Assembly: GCA_051530055.1 (NCBI GenBank)
Contig: CM121343.1
Location: 5,364,389-5,428,388 of the forward strand
DNA from: Neoechinorhynchus agilis
Lineage: Eukaryota > Animalia > Acanthocephala
DNA length: 64,000 nt
Direction of reading: 5' to 3'
Below, one piece after another: positions 24,801 through 38,085 of the stretch (position 1 is its first letter; every line of letters starts with the position of its first letter). Under the pieces are notes generated by a model that was given only the letters and a program-made list of their open reading frames with translations, searched no databases and was not told where the DNA came from. The translations under genes were made by a program, and so were the position numbers.

Positions 24801-27800
24801 ATGTAAATTGGTACAAGAACATACATGTCGATTTGTTTTCGTACAAATATCTGCCAATTTGAGCCACATGCTTTGATCTTCGGACGGAGGTAGGACTATT
24901 GAGTGAATCAATAAAAGTTGATGCCAATCATCGTAATCAGGCGCGACGCATTCCTAATACACATATTTGAGTTTTTAGACATTATTCGTTTCATTTACAC
25001 GACGTACCGTTAAGCGTTTCGACCACAGCAATCGCAGAATTGGTCTGGAATCGGGCATGAACACGGATTGGATAATTTCTTCAAACTCAACAAGCATTTG
25101 AGCATCAAAAACCACCTAAAATAACTTTTTTTATTGTTTTTCCGAAAACAATACAAGCATAACGAAACCTCATAGTTCCTTCTATAATCTTCAGATGCAA
25201 CAGATAAAAAGCGTTGATACAACAAGTCCCATGCTTCATTTATGACCACATAAGCCTCCCTGTACTTTGATTCAGTTAGCAATGAAATTGTTCTATATTT
25301 GCACGCATTGACCGTACTGGGAGGTAGGTTATTTATAAATCGTTTCAAGGATCGTTCGGAGTTCATTCTCCAAGCGCACGACGAACCTATTTCAGCAATT
25401 GAACGAAGAGTGGCGATGTTTAGGTTAGGGGATTGCAACTTTTCGGCGCACATTTCCTTCAGCTGTTGCCATTCACCCAATGCATGAAGACATCTCATTC
25501 TGCCAAGCATAAGATGTTCGTCATCGGCCTCATTCACTTGCCGATATTCATACATCCGTAAAGCTCTATCCCATTCGTTCAACTTTTCATACCAAAGCTC
25601 CTTAATGTTCATGTTCCGTTTTCTGGCGTAAAAAACAGCCCCATATGCAGCTTCTGATTGATCCAATTGATTGTTGATACTGATAAGGTCTTCGATTACC
25701 TCCTCCGACTGATCGAGTGCGAACCGGACTTCAGTATAGTGCAGGGCCTTGGCATACATTTTCAAATCCATCGCAGTTGCACTTAGCATAGCTAAATCGA
25801 CTGGCAGTGATTCACGGTATTGACTGGTCGGATCGTTAGTTGCAATATTAGACGTAACCCAGGTTGAGGATCGTGAGGATCGGGAGCAAGGCTGACTGTC
25901 TCTAGTCACGGCGCGATTACTTACTCGTCTCATTGGCTGAACTTTGTCCACTCTAACTATTTTCTTAGCCTCAAATAAAGAGTACACTTAGGATATTCAA
26001 GTGTGTTTGATAATTTTTCTTACCAAGTCAGAATGATCAAAAAATTCCACCAACTCAAGCAGGTAAGATGCCACGTCTGTTCCCTCACTATGCGTTAAGA
26101 CTGTGCTAAGGCATCTACGGAGTTCTAGCCGATCGGTGGAATCCAAAGATGTCCACAATGACATAAAACTTACATTGAACAGCTTCCTAAGCGTATATAC
26201 TTTTTAAACTTCTGCAAACAAAAGGACTTACATTGAAATATCGGGATAAGTGTCAGAAATGAATCTGTAACAAGCATTGAGGGAAGGAGATTTACTTTCT
26301 GCAAGTAGAGTGCCAGTGAAGGATCGAAACCAATCGTGGATATCTTGTTTTACCATTGTCCGCGGAGAGTTCCACAATTCACGAGGAGCTAATAAAGATT
26401 GAGCATTATTGGGCAGATCCTTTAATTCTTCATTTGAGTTGAGGGATGACGATTCTTGCCATTGCACATCCTTACTGCTTTCGTTGTTGTTCTTGTATTG
26501 ATGGACACTTCGACGCACCTGATCATTTTCAGCAAGTGGATTAACCAATCTACCGTTTTGCCCGCGATGTGCGTCACTTAGAATACATTCAAGCGTCGAT
26601 AATTCTCCAAATCCCTTATAGAGTTCTTTAGTGTATATTAAGATAGTTGGTCCTAAGTGGCCCGCTACTTCGGCAACGCAATCAAGAGCAGCGTCTTGTA
26701 ATGTTGGATCCGGTGCGCAAGACCGCGTCAATGGTAAAATTATACCCGAAGCGAATCCGGATATATTTATGGAGCGACTAATTTTGGTTAAAGATTTTAT
26801 CGCCGTTTTTCTGACGCCGATGTCTATCTTGACATCAGCGGCAACTTCGGCGATTGCCGGAATAACCACATGCATGTGTTGCTCAAAGAGGTATCCAATT
26901 CGTGAGAAGAGCTGAAGAACGCATTGGACGTTGTCTATATTTTTGAGTACAGGATCGTATTGGAGTATTTGTCGCAATATTGGCAATAGTCGGATGGCAT
27001 ATAGTCGGAATTCCGAGGTGAAAATATGCGCAAGACATTCTATAAGGTCTAAGAGTAAACGGACTACACGAGGATTGCTGCTTGATATATGCTTTTGGAG
27101 GACTTCACAAGACGCATTAAAGATTTGACCAAGGCATGGTTCCGCGTCTCGCTTCATGTGATGTAAAATCTCTGTTAAATGAGTAACCATTGATTCGAGC
27201 GATTCCTCGTTTGTACTCTCCATTATGTCCAGTATATGGATAATTGCAACGTGCATATAAGGAGATGCATCAGGGCCCATCTCGGTAAGTATGCTTGTAA
27301 GTGCTCTTGTTGCTGACAAATGAACGTATTTAAGTTGTGGATTGCCAAGGACGGTCAAAATTTCAAACAAAGCATGCGAGGCATACAGACGTTCACCACA
27401 GATACGTAAACTGAAATTCCCGGGCGAGTGCACATTGACAATGTGATCTTGGCTGAGATCAGGAATCGATTTTGTTGCAACTTTACAAATAACGTGTTGA
27501 GGATTGTTGTAGTACTTCTCAGGAAAACTTTCTATACGGTTACTTATCTCGCCTGAGTATAGCTTGAACTTGTAAGGACTTAATGCGCCAATGGCACCAA
27601 GAACCCTTAGGGCCTATTTAAATTCAGTATGTAAAAAGATCTTCAACAAACCGGCAAACCTCTCTATGTATAAATTTGCTCGACTCCGTCCGAATCAACT
27701 TCGATAAGGTATCAAACAAGGCAGGATAACGCTTTCCGATTTGACCAATACAGGCACTACTCTGAATGACTCGTGTCATCGTCCATAACGCAATCTTCAA

Positions 27801-30800
27801 TGACATAACTTCACTTATAAAATCTTTTAGATACCAAACCTCTTTTCTCTCAGTCGAGTTTTCAGCTCCAAGCATTTTTACAAGCGTCGGGAAAAATAAA
27901 TCATCGGTATATTGTTTCATTTCGCCCATCGAAACCTAAAACCTAATTTTAAATCTGGAAAAATCGAACATACTTGGGCATATTCTCCTACGGTGTGGAC
28001 AGCAGCCACAAGAACAGGAGAATTAAAGTCTTCATTAATGACTCGGATTAAAATCTAAATTAACTTTACAATAAATAAGGAAATTCGAAAATTGCAACAT
28101 ACTTGAATTATCGGATGAATATAAGGACACATTAATCTTGGGGCTGACGAAATTAGGTTTCCAACGCACCTCAGCGTTTGTTCTCTTGTGAAATATAGTT
28201 CTCCGACATACAGTTCGTGTAACAACTATTGGCTTTTTGTGGATAGAAAACCAAAAAGTTTCATACCTCAAATAAAATTTTTCGTAATGAAGGTAAAACG
28301 TGCGAAGGATTTATATTGCTTAATTGTCCGAGCAGTGATATTGCAACTTCTCGTATTTCCGGCACCTTTTCAATTCCATAACAACATAAGATGAAAATTT
28401 AAATTTTTGGTACCTCGTCATTGGTAGCAAAGAAGAGAATGGACAAATTTTCAGCTTTTGCAATGTAATAGTTAAATTTTGGATTATCATCCAGTGAACT
28501 GATTGCCAAGTACCTTACATCAGCCTCTGTATTTAAATATAAAATGAGAATGTTGTAGGGAAATATCTCACCAGAATCACTGACGCCTAATTTTATAATG
28601 GATTGTAGATAATCGGAAACAGCAAGGACTTGAGGATCACTTAGTCGCTTCGCCTTTCGTTGGATTTCCTAGATAAAAATGGTCAAAATTGCCAATTAAA
28701 TAAAATCTAATTTCATTATAAAACATGAAAGCTTTACCTTTATAAGTGGGCTTAGCATCCGAATACAAGCTCTAATAGATTGCATTCTAACAAATTTATC
28801 ATCCAATTGTAGCAGTCGATCATTAATGATTTGTAGAATAGGATTCATGTTGTACATCAAGGAATCTCGTCTACAGCTCCATAATGAGATTCAATGATTC
28901 AACCTCTGAAGGTAAACTTCTCAATGGTTCTCAATGACATCAATATAGCATTCACATTGATGGAAGTGGTGGTAGTTCCGACTGGAGACACATATAGAGT
29001 TCCGAATGTATAGAAATGTTGAGCGATTGTTTGAATTTGACTAATTGATGAAGTATTTGACGATAAGTCGCTTGCTGATGATAACTTCATTGATCCTGAA
29101 AATCCGCCAGTTTCCGGTGGCGTTGATGTGAGTTGTGATTCAGGTATATATGCAATTTTCTGCATTAGAATAGAGAGGTAGTTATATAAGACAGTGAGAC
29201 AGTGCTTCCGCAATTCCGGAATATATGTGATGATTGCATGAGTGCATTCTGATAATGCTACACTCAGTCCACTTTTCACTAAAAGTTCGTAGTGCTTCCT
29301 AATTTCATTACTGTACTTGTCTTTGAAAGTAAAAGCGATTATGTTGAAAACGAAGCAAACATTTGCCTGTACCGATTCCGATGCATAAATATGATGCGTC
29401 GACGAGGGATTAGACATATTTTTGGTACGACCATGGTGGATAACATCGGTAGTGAGTATTTCTTCACGGATAGTGACCAAGATTGGAGTTACATAAGGCT
29501 CCATTTCGTTCGGCAGGACACTTACGAGGCAAGCAAAGGTACAAAGACATCGACAAATATACTTTTCCTTTCTGAGTCCAAATAACAAAAGCTCAAGTAC
29601 ACTTCCAAATGTATTTCCGACTATAAGTGGATCGTTTCGAGCATACAGGGCGGCCAACCATGGAAGTAATTCGAGTGCAGTGTTAATAAGTGGACACGGC
29701 GAGGCTGATCTAAAAGCTGATTTTAAATGTGTTTTCAAGATTAGGCACACTGCCGTCCATATATCAGCTCGGATGTTGATTAAGTAATCCTTGGGTGCGA
29801 AAGGAGCCTTGAAAACAAGCTCGGGTAGTGGTTCAAGCATTGTTACAGGTGAAACCGGTTGGGATAACAAAGAGCCGCTGATTCTCCGAAGTCGAAGTGC
29901 ATGCAATCCAACGAACGTGCACGTATGGACGTTGTCTGCATATGATTGGACGGTTTTGATATACTCCATCATTGCAGAACATCTAGGATAATTGTGACCA
30001 TTTTTAGGCGATATTGTGCCATCTTCCACTATTTCATTTTGTTGACTTATAACGGACGAACGGTATAACTCCTGGATAAGAAGAAGCTTGCCGTGGGCGT
30101 TTTCATCTCGGAGTAAATGCTTCGAAATTCGCAGGCTAGACAACAGGTAGTCCTTTGAAATCTTTTCAAATATTGGTTGATAAAGCTCAAACATGCTGCT
30201 CGATGAGGTTCGATCGGTCAGCGTTTCTCGGTAATTAATTACGAAAATAACTGAACGAAGGGCTAGTGATGCAGCATATCGAATTTTGAGCTTAAAGAAA
30301 GGGATATTATTGGCAATGTGGGTTATGAATGTTATTTAAATTTTTGGCTGTAAAAAGGTTTAAAAGAAAAGCGTTATTCCAGCTAAATTTTCGATAGGCT
30401 ATTATTGACATATATCAATTTTCTGCAATTTCAAGATTAGACTTTTTAAATTGAACCAGAAGTGCAAATAACAGGATAAATTACCGATTTTCATCCAAAA
30501 TATGAATTACCTTCTGATTAAAAACAAGTTTCAAAACTGCAGGTAGACATTCTCTGATGTTAGGAAATACATGATTTGGACAGCGGGCAGCCACTTCTGC
30601 CAAAGTATTCAACTAAAATGTTCATAATATTACTAGGTAGAAATGAAGATAGTTGAGCTCTTACGCAGATTAGTCGTCGAACGTCTGTTTGATCATTGAG
30701 GACCTTCGAAACGATCATGTGAATAACATTGTCGAATCGGAGCGCATGGGCCGGTGATTGTGTCTTTGAACGATTAAAATTAAGGCAACATAATGGATTA

Positions 30801-31284
30801 TTGCAACTTACGGCCTCGAAGTGAGAAATTGCTGATGCAATGAGTCCGCTCAATTCGTCGATTGTAGATTCAAATAACAGCTTCCAGAGATGGTCACGTA
30901 AACTTGCCTTAAGGTCATTAAACAGGATTCCTCCACAGCATATTATGCATACTAAGCGAGAAGATCTTGACAAATAAAAGTTTTAATTGATGCAAAGAAA
31001 TATACTGGTAGCATAGATCGCACGTTTATGATTGATTACGCTGTTCGATGAATATAGACTCGGCATTTTTTGATGCAAATATTCAACAACTATTGTGTAC
31101 TCAGCAGACGGATACTAAACTTTAAATTTAAACCGATACCAACTGAATTTCCAATACTTACAGATTTAAGTTCATTTTGTAAAGAATCGTAAAGGGAAAG
31201 AAGTTCTTGCCGGATACATATTTCGTCTTTCGATGTTAATCCAGTGCACAGAAGTCTGTCAATATTCTTGTAGTGCCGCGACAT
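21831..31284 (-). CDS. mTOR: Target of rapamycin kinase (HEAT repeats, FAT, FRB, PI3K-like kinase, FATC), about 20 introns
   Basis: YAKALHY, VIPQLIARID, LWHEQWQEALDEASRMYF (FRB), FLLKGHEDIRQDQRVMQLF, GLGDRHPSNI, HIDFGDCFEVA, PFRLTRML, terminal NLCQVYIGWCPFW. Confidence 0.98.
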
Positions 31285-32749
31285 ATCACTCGATCGGATA
31301 TTATTCGAAATCTAAAATTCCCATTTCAAATATTAAGTTCAAAATCTTTACTGCAAAGAGATTTGACGATTATAAAAACAACAACAAATCAAATGTCATA
31401 CCTTAGAGTATTTAAGGCTGTCTATTATACTTTAAAGTTGCAACTATTATTTCATTGGCAACACAAAAATAGTAGAAATTAGGTAAAATCGAGTCAAACG
31501 TTTTTTTATCGAATTTGAGAGCAAATGAGATAAACACCGAGGTTATTAATCGAAGTAGTTTCTTGTCTACACCCGCATTCTCGGAACTCGTTTCGAAATT
31601 AAACTTGAAATGGAAAGCCTCGATAGCTTAAAACTTTCGCACTAAAAACGTGAAATTCGTCCCGGCATCGACAAACTTTTGAAATCGAAGAGACAACATA
31701 CTTTTAGTTAAACTCGAATACTAGTTCTAAAAATGTCATTATCTCGAGTACCTTCATTGGTCTTAAGCGACCATAAATTGGCGATGAGATTACTTTAGTC
31801 AGAGCAAGCAGAACTCATATTGCAATCACATGAGAACGTATTGCGATAGTTAGGTAGCATCGGGTTCAATCTCGATTTCATTAGCGTTAAGCCGTAAAAA
31901 TGGTTGGTCTAAAAAGTTGGAGAGGGCAGCCGCCAACCAAAAATCGTTATTTGAATTTAAATGAAAAGCAATCAGTTATTTTTTCTAGAATTGTGTTTCT
32001 CAATTGTTCTTTAATCTACTAGCACAGGGAATTAACGCACTCCGGTGTTCAACTCAATCAAAAATTATAGCATCCGTTTTATTTCGATACGCCTGATAAA
32101 GTTCGGACGAATCAAAATAAAACGGTGCAAATAGGTGATTTTTTTCGTACACCGCGTTGATTTTTCAAATCCAACAATAATCGATTGAAACTTAAAAATA
32201 GAACATAAAAAACCTAAAATCACAACGTCTCTAACGAAATGTACAACAGAAATAAATTTTAACCGGCTTGTTATAATAGTCTCCGGTGCTAATTACATTC
32301 CAGCCAATAGGATGCCGCTAATTAGTTCTTACCAGCTGATTTATCCTTCACTCAGCGAAATGTATGATCTAATCGATGAGTCTTCATAAGGAGTTCTTCT
32401 CGTATGCAAGCGTCATAGACGTCACAGCTCGCTCCTTACATAAGGAGTGCACCTTACGTTTTCTGAGAAAGAATCTACCATTTTAGGTCCCCAATCTTGA
32501 CCGGTCATCGGACAAAAGGAATAGTCCTCCAGGGGATGTGTTTTCAAGAGTTGAAATTGCGCGATTAAGGTGTTAGAGTCCGCCTCTTTGTGTACATTTT
32601 TTGCATTTTTAGAATTTGTATGCCTGAGATGAATACTTTTTTTATGTATATATTTGAGGTTGCTCAAATGTCCTTTAGATAGCTGATTTATTGGTCCGGA
32701 AAGCGCAGCTTCATGCCCCAATGTTCGAACTTCATCAGCTCAATTTGTG

Positions 32750-33915
32750 ACCGTCGATCAATTCGTGATGCAAGCCCGACTCACCGAAGTGATCACTACA
32801 CTCGAAAGGAAGCTCAGCACTCTCCTCAATAATTTGGACAATCTTCCGAATTTACTTTCTTCGTGCATTCCAGTGCCGGATAACTGTGCACGTTATAGGG
32901 CTGGCAATTCGGACTTGGATCCTCAAAGTTTCAAAAAACAAGCCATAGAACTCAATCCGTTCCCATCTGAAAATCCTGCCTATTCTTTTTTAGACCTTAT
33001 AATGTATAAAAACTGTCTTAACTTCTCGGTTCAAGTAGATCGACAAATTTATTCTTTTGACCTAATAGGCCATGATATTTTATTTTGGTCTCTAGGCCCT
33101 AGCAATGTTTTACGTAAAGTCTATCACAATTCTCCACTCAATGTTGCCTTTTTCCGTTTTGTTAGTCGGAATCTCCTTCGTTTCTTTTTTACTTCTTCCT
33201 TATATCAACAACACACTTAATTCAGTTGCTAATTCCTTTTTATTTCATACTGTGAGATCCTTCCCTCGTCCATACGGAAGCCGTTCTCTTCGCTTTCTTG
33301 GGCGGCAACTTTCTTAGCCAAGCGTTCTTGATATCCTCTTCTAGTTAAAATTATATCGAATCACTTTTGGGGTGCCCGGTGACGTATTCATCAACAAAAG
33401 GACGCGGACCTTCTCATCAAAATGGTGGAACACTTTCCAGAGGAAAAAACTGACACCTTGGAAATCCAAGTTATCTTCTTGGATGAAATCTTCGCCCTTG
33501 GAGAACATTCTTAGCTCCGTGTTTGGTCTTCACTCCATAGGATGCACCAATGAAAGGCCGAATATCACCTTTCGTAGAATTCTACTTAATCGTGTGGATC
33601 TGACTCCAAATGACATTGTTGAGGCTTGGTTCACCAACCCGAAATTAGCATCTTCAAACTCTCATTCAAGCACTAAAAAATTTTGCACTTTTTCCCCACG
33701 ACTGCATCGCCAAATTAGCTAATTTAATGCTTATTTGCTCTCCTTTCGCCTGGCAAGATTGCAACACTTCTCGCCGTTTTTTTCTTGTCAAAAATGGAAG
33801 GAAATCGGTAACTCAACCCAAGGGCCTTCGCCAGATTTCCATTCAAAACCCATTTGTTACTATCTACGAACGAGCATTGGCTATACGTTTAAATATTTTC
33901 ACGATGATCGGACTT
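32750..33915 (+). mobile_element. Heavily degraded retroelement remnant, possibly Penelope-like (RT thumb to GIY-YIG)
   Basis: SFLDLIMYK..FSVQVDRQ.YSFDL resembles the PLE RT thumb. ICYYLRTSIGYTFKYFH loosely resembles a GIY-YIG motif. Multiple frame breaks. Confidence 0.35.
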
Positions 33916-33919
33916 GATG

Positions 33920-36900
33920 TTATTGATTCTTGTCGGTCACGTAAAAGAAGCAGCTCCGGCGGCCAGACAGCTACTGATAGTAGCCTGTCAACGCGGCGTC
34001 GGTGTGCCGCTCCACTTGGTGATGCGACAACGAACAGGAGCAACAAAATCCACCAGTGCAACGGGAAAAAGCGAGGGCGTCGTAGCTCTCGCCGATGACT
34101 TGAGCGTCGAAATGTGCGAAACTGTCGCCGAAGGCAACGAAAGCGTCAGTCGAAGTTCATCACTGTGGTGGGTACGGACTGTTCAGGTGGCGCTGACAGC
34201 CGTGAGCCCTTTGGCCCAGCTATTTCAGATAGAAGAGGACTACGAATCGGATCCTTGAATTGTAGGAGTCTGCGAGCGCAATGGCGTAGGGGAACCCTGG
34301 CCAAATTGGCAAGGGACGCCAGAATGGATCTTGTGTTTTTACAAGAATTGCGCATAAGAGGCCAGACAGACACAGACGTAAATCAGGAGGATTTTGGAGG
34401 AGGCTGGTTATTATCTTACCTATCTGCGGACAGTCGAGGAAATGGAGGTGTAGGCGTTTGTTTATCACCCCGCCTCCGAAACTCAGTATTATAACTGACC
34501 GAATCCTTTGTGTCAGCATAAAGCTTCGGTCGAGAAATCTCTATGCTTTTGGCGTATATTCACCAACTTCATCGAAAGGTGAAGAGGCGGTTGAAGGATT
34601 TTATGGAAATCTAGCCGAAGCATTAGATGATGTACCGAACAGAGACACCCTCCTAATAGCCGGTGACTTCAACGCGATTTTACCGCATTCCGAAAGATCG
34701 CTATATGTGTTGAAAGGCGCGAATCGAAACAGCCGGTACTTGATTGAGGCGCTGGAGCGGCATGATCTCGTGTCTGCTAACACTTTATTCCGGAAGCGTC
34801 CGTGGCGTTTGGCGACGTTTATGGGTCAAAAGAATCCGTCCAAACATGCCATGGGAAAAAAATCCAAGAGACGCTTAGCTCAGCTTGACCATATATTGTT
34901 GAGACGTAGGGAAAAATGTCGGGTCAAAAACGCTGACACATTCACAGTTGATGGACTGCGAACCGACCACAAGTTGGTGATGTGTCAGTTGAGCATGAGT
35001 GACTCGTTGTTCCGTACACCTCAACATCCTCCACGTCCGTTCTATGGCGCCCTCGCTAATGAAGAGAAGAGGAAAGAGTTCGATATCGAACTAGAGAATC
35101 AACTGAGCTTGATGCCAGCTGCTGAAACGGATATTGATTTTTATTACAAGTTAATCTTCGACGCAGTGACCGAAGCGGCCGAGAAAACCCTCCCAGCAAT
35201 GAGGCGTATAAAAGCTGCAAAGGTTATATGGCAGGAGGACTGTGAATTTATGGCAATGGCTGAGCAGATCAAAACTCTAAGAAAAAGAGAAAACGATCTG
35301 AGGCTCGCATTGCAAGTCTTGAACTTGCCAACCTCTATAATGAAAAGCAAAAGGCTTTGATAGAGGATGCAGTTCGTGGGATCGCACACAACGAAGGTTT
35401 TGTTCGTACCTCCTTAGCATGGAGAGCGATAAACACTCTCACAAGAAGATCCCAAAGACAGCCAACTTTGATTGAAGGTCCCTCCCCGGAAATCAGAAAA
35501 AAGAGAATCGCAAATTATTTTGCGGAAATTCTCGATTCGCCATTATCGTCTTTGGAAGTGAGTCCTGCACTTCCAAAAGGCACAATCGTCCCAAGCATTA
35601 AGGCATACTTCACTGGACCGCTTTCCGTAAAGGAAGCGATTGCTGCGGCGAAAATGATGCGTGCGGGACGTGCATCAGGCCCAGATGGGATAATGGCAGA
35701 GGTACTGAGGTTTGAATCTATTGCCAGAAAAATCATACCGATAATGAATGGCATAATGAATGGTGGCTCAGTACCTCAAATCTGGCAAACGGCACATTTA
35801 ACAATGATCCCAAGAAATGCTGCTCGACAAAAGTGGAGGACTACAGAGGTATATCCTTGATGTCCAACACGGCAAAACTTTTCAGCAGCATTTTGAGACG
35901 CCGAATTCAGCCAATCCTCGAACCGTTTCTAAGAATTGAACAGAACGGCTTCAGGAAAGGTCGAGGCACCACAGAGCACATATTGGCTTTGAGGAGGATC
36001 CTCCATAAGGCACGAATTCATCAAACGGATGTGACGCTGGTATTTGTTGCTTTCCGTCGAGCTTTCGATTCGGTAAATCGAACGATGATGTGTGGTATCT
36101 TAAAGGAGTATGGAGTGCCGCCGATCATTGTCACATCCGTTATGGCATTATATAAAAACACGAGGTCCGCCGTAAAGACAGCGGACGGTTTGACAGAATA
36201 CTTTTCCACCACTTCATATGTTCTGCAGGGCGACACATTGGCTCTTTTCCTCTTCATCTTGGTGCTTGATTGGGTAATGAGATGGGCACTACCGAATGAT
36301 GAAGATGGATTTCTTCTGTTGGGGAAAAGAGGTCGTAGGTATCCTGAGATACGCGCCTCCTACATGGCATATGCCGACGACATCGTATTGATGTCCTCAA
36401 CAGTCGAAGGAGCTCAACGCATGCTAAATAGGCTGTGCGAGAGGGCGAGGACCATCAACTCGAAAAAGACGGAATTCTTGACGATTCCGCATTTCGCGCA
36501 TACAGTCTCTGGCGAAGTGCCGAATGGCGTTGAGCAATTAAAACAGATAGAGCGGTATGTCTATCTGGGAGTTGTCGTTCCTGAGGTGAGCGTGGATGTC
36601 AGCCGACGGAGAGCTATAGCTTGGAGAGCAATGGGGCAACTTAAACCACTATTTGACCGTGAGTCTTCACCAGATGAACTCCGTTCGCAGCTGTTCAAGA
36701 CTCTAATTGAGAGCATTCTCTACTACAGTGCAGAGACCTGGACACTGTCACCAACGGAGACGAGGCAGTTGGACCAAAATCATTCATCTCTCTTACGTGC
36801 GGCGTTCAAGGTCAGATGGTCAGATAAAGTGACCAACAAAACACTGTATAAGAGAGCCGGAGTCCAACCGCCCAGTGAATATTTGCGCCGCAGACGACTG

Positions 36901-37165
36901 CAGTTCACGGGCAATATAATTCGGTCCGAGGCATCTTGCCCTCAGGTCGTGCAATAGTTCCTTTTCTGGAAGCCAACGACATTGTATCGTAAAGGCAAGG
37001 GGAACTGTCGTACATACGATGACCTGATTTTAAGAGACGCGAATTGCCCGCATAACAGGACTGCTGTCGTGTATTTTAGATCCCTTGCGGAGTCTAATTC
37101 TATTTGACGGGCTTATACCTACGGTGCAACGTAGAAAAGTACCGCTGCATACAATACAATACAAT
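33920..37165 (+). mobile_element. Near full-length RTE-like LINE (AP endonuclease + RT), inactivated by frameshifts
   Basis: APE motifs: GSLNCRSL, FLQE, GNGGVG, YSPT, AGDFNA, LDHIL, TDH. RT motifs: GPDGI, YRGISL, QNGFR, AFDS, LQGD, YADD, YLG. 3' (ACAAT)3 tail at 37151-37165. The 5' boundary is approximate. Confidence 0.9.
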
Positions 37166-37548
37166 CTTCCTAAATAATCAAATGTGTATCTTGCACCCTT
37201 GTCGCGGCTTTAACAAGGGCAAATATGTGCATTCCGCTCTCGACTGATATTTATTCGAAAATGAAATATTTAGCAAGAGGAAACTTGGCCTCATCAACCA
37301 TTTTTTGAAAGTTATTACAACGTATGTTCGTCTACTTTCAAGCGATGATTTATAAGGCGAGGTTTCTTCTATCGAAATATTTCATTACAACAAAAAATTA
37401 TTTCTAACCGGTTGATCATATCTTCAACCACAAGTCAAAACTTTTTTGTTTGAAATTTTTAACTCATAGTACTCCTGCGATGTACTATGGTTAGGCAGAT
37501 CATTGTTATCCTTCTCGGAATATTCCTTCTTATAAACGCCGATCAGAC

Positions 37549-38059
37549 ATATCGACGGTTCATTGAATCGTGTGCCTGTTGGATTCTATGAACGAATATG
37601 GCTAGCTCTCCAGAAATGTCATGGATTCAAAATCGCAAGACGTTGCTTATCTAGCAATTTGACACGAGAGATGACACGAGAAGAGATGAAGTTTGCATTA
37701 GGTATTGAGAACGCAATGCGATTGTGATGACATGTCTGCTGTTGCTAAGTAATACTCGATTCTTCTACAATGGAATCGTTGATCTCGATGCTGTTGTGCA
37801 CCAAGCGAATGCGATATTTTGCGAGGACGAAAAAAATGCTGGTGCGGACGAGGATTTGCTTTACGCCCATTTGTCGTCTCCCGCCAGTATCGCACCAAGT
37901 AGTGCTGCCTTGATTGCTCACGCTTTCTATGACTGTGCACCGAGTGGACGGTACGGAACAATGAACTATATGCTACGGGCTTTATTTTCTGTGTTCAACG
38001 TGAATCCTGAAAGCGAGTGGAATGTTGATACGAATCTATCTTTACTCAATAGAGCTTGA
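37549..38059 (+). pseudogene. PHKA: Phosphorylase kinase alpha-subunit C-terminal fragment with an internal frameshifting deletion
   Basis: HIDGSLNRVPVGFYERIWLALQKCHG...TREMTREEMKFA, then in another frame GIVDLDAVVHQANAIF...AGAD...FYDCAPSGRYGTMNY. Both match the PHKA C-terminus. No upstream PHKA exons were recognised. Confidence 0.75.
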
Positions 38060-38085
38060 TTTTGAACTTCCAACTCACACAGCCA

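Noticed and set aside
31790-31885. tRNA-like sequence with GGTTCAATC B-box resemblance
   Set aside because: No convincing acceptor stem, D-arm or 7-nt anticodon loop, and the C61 equivalent is absent.
33800-33865. HDV-like ribozyme near the RTE 5' region (GGAAATC/GATTTCC and GGTAAC/GTTACT pairings)
   Set aside because: P3/L3 spacing is wrong, and there is no P1.1 GG or catalytic J4/2 motif.
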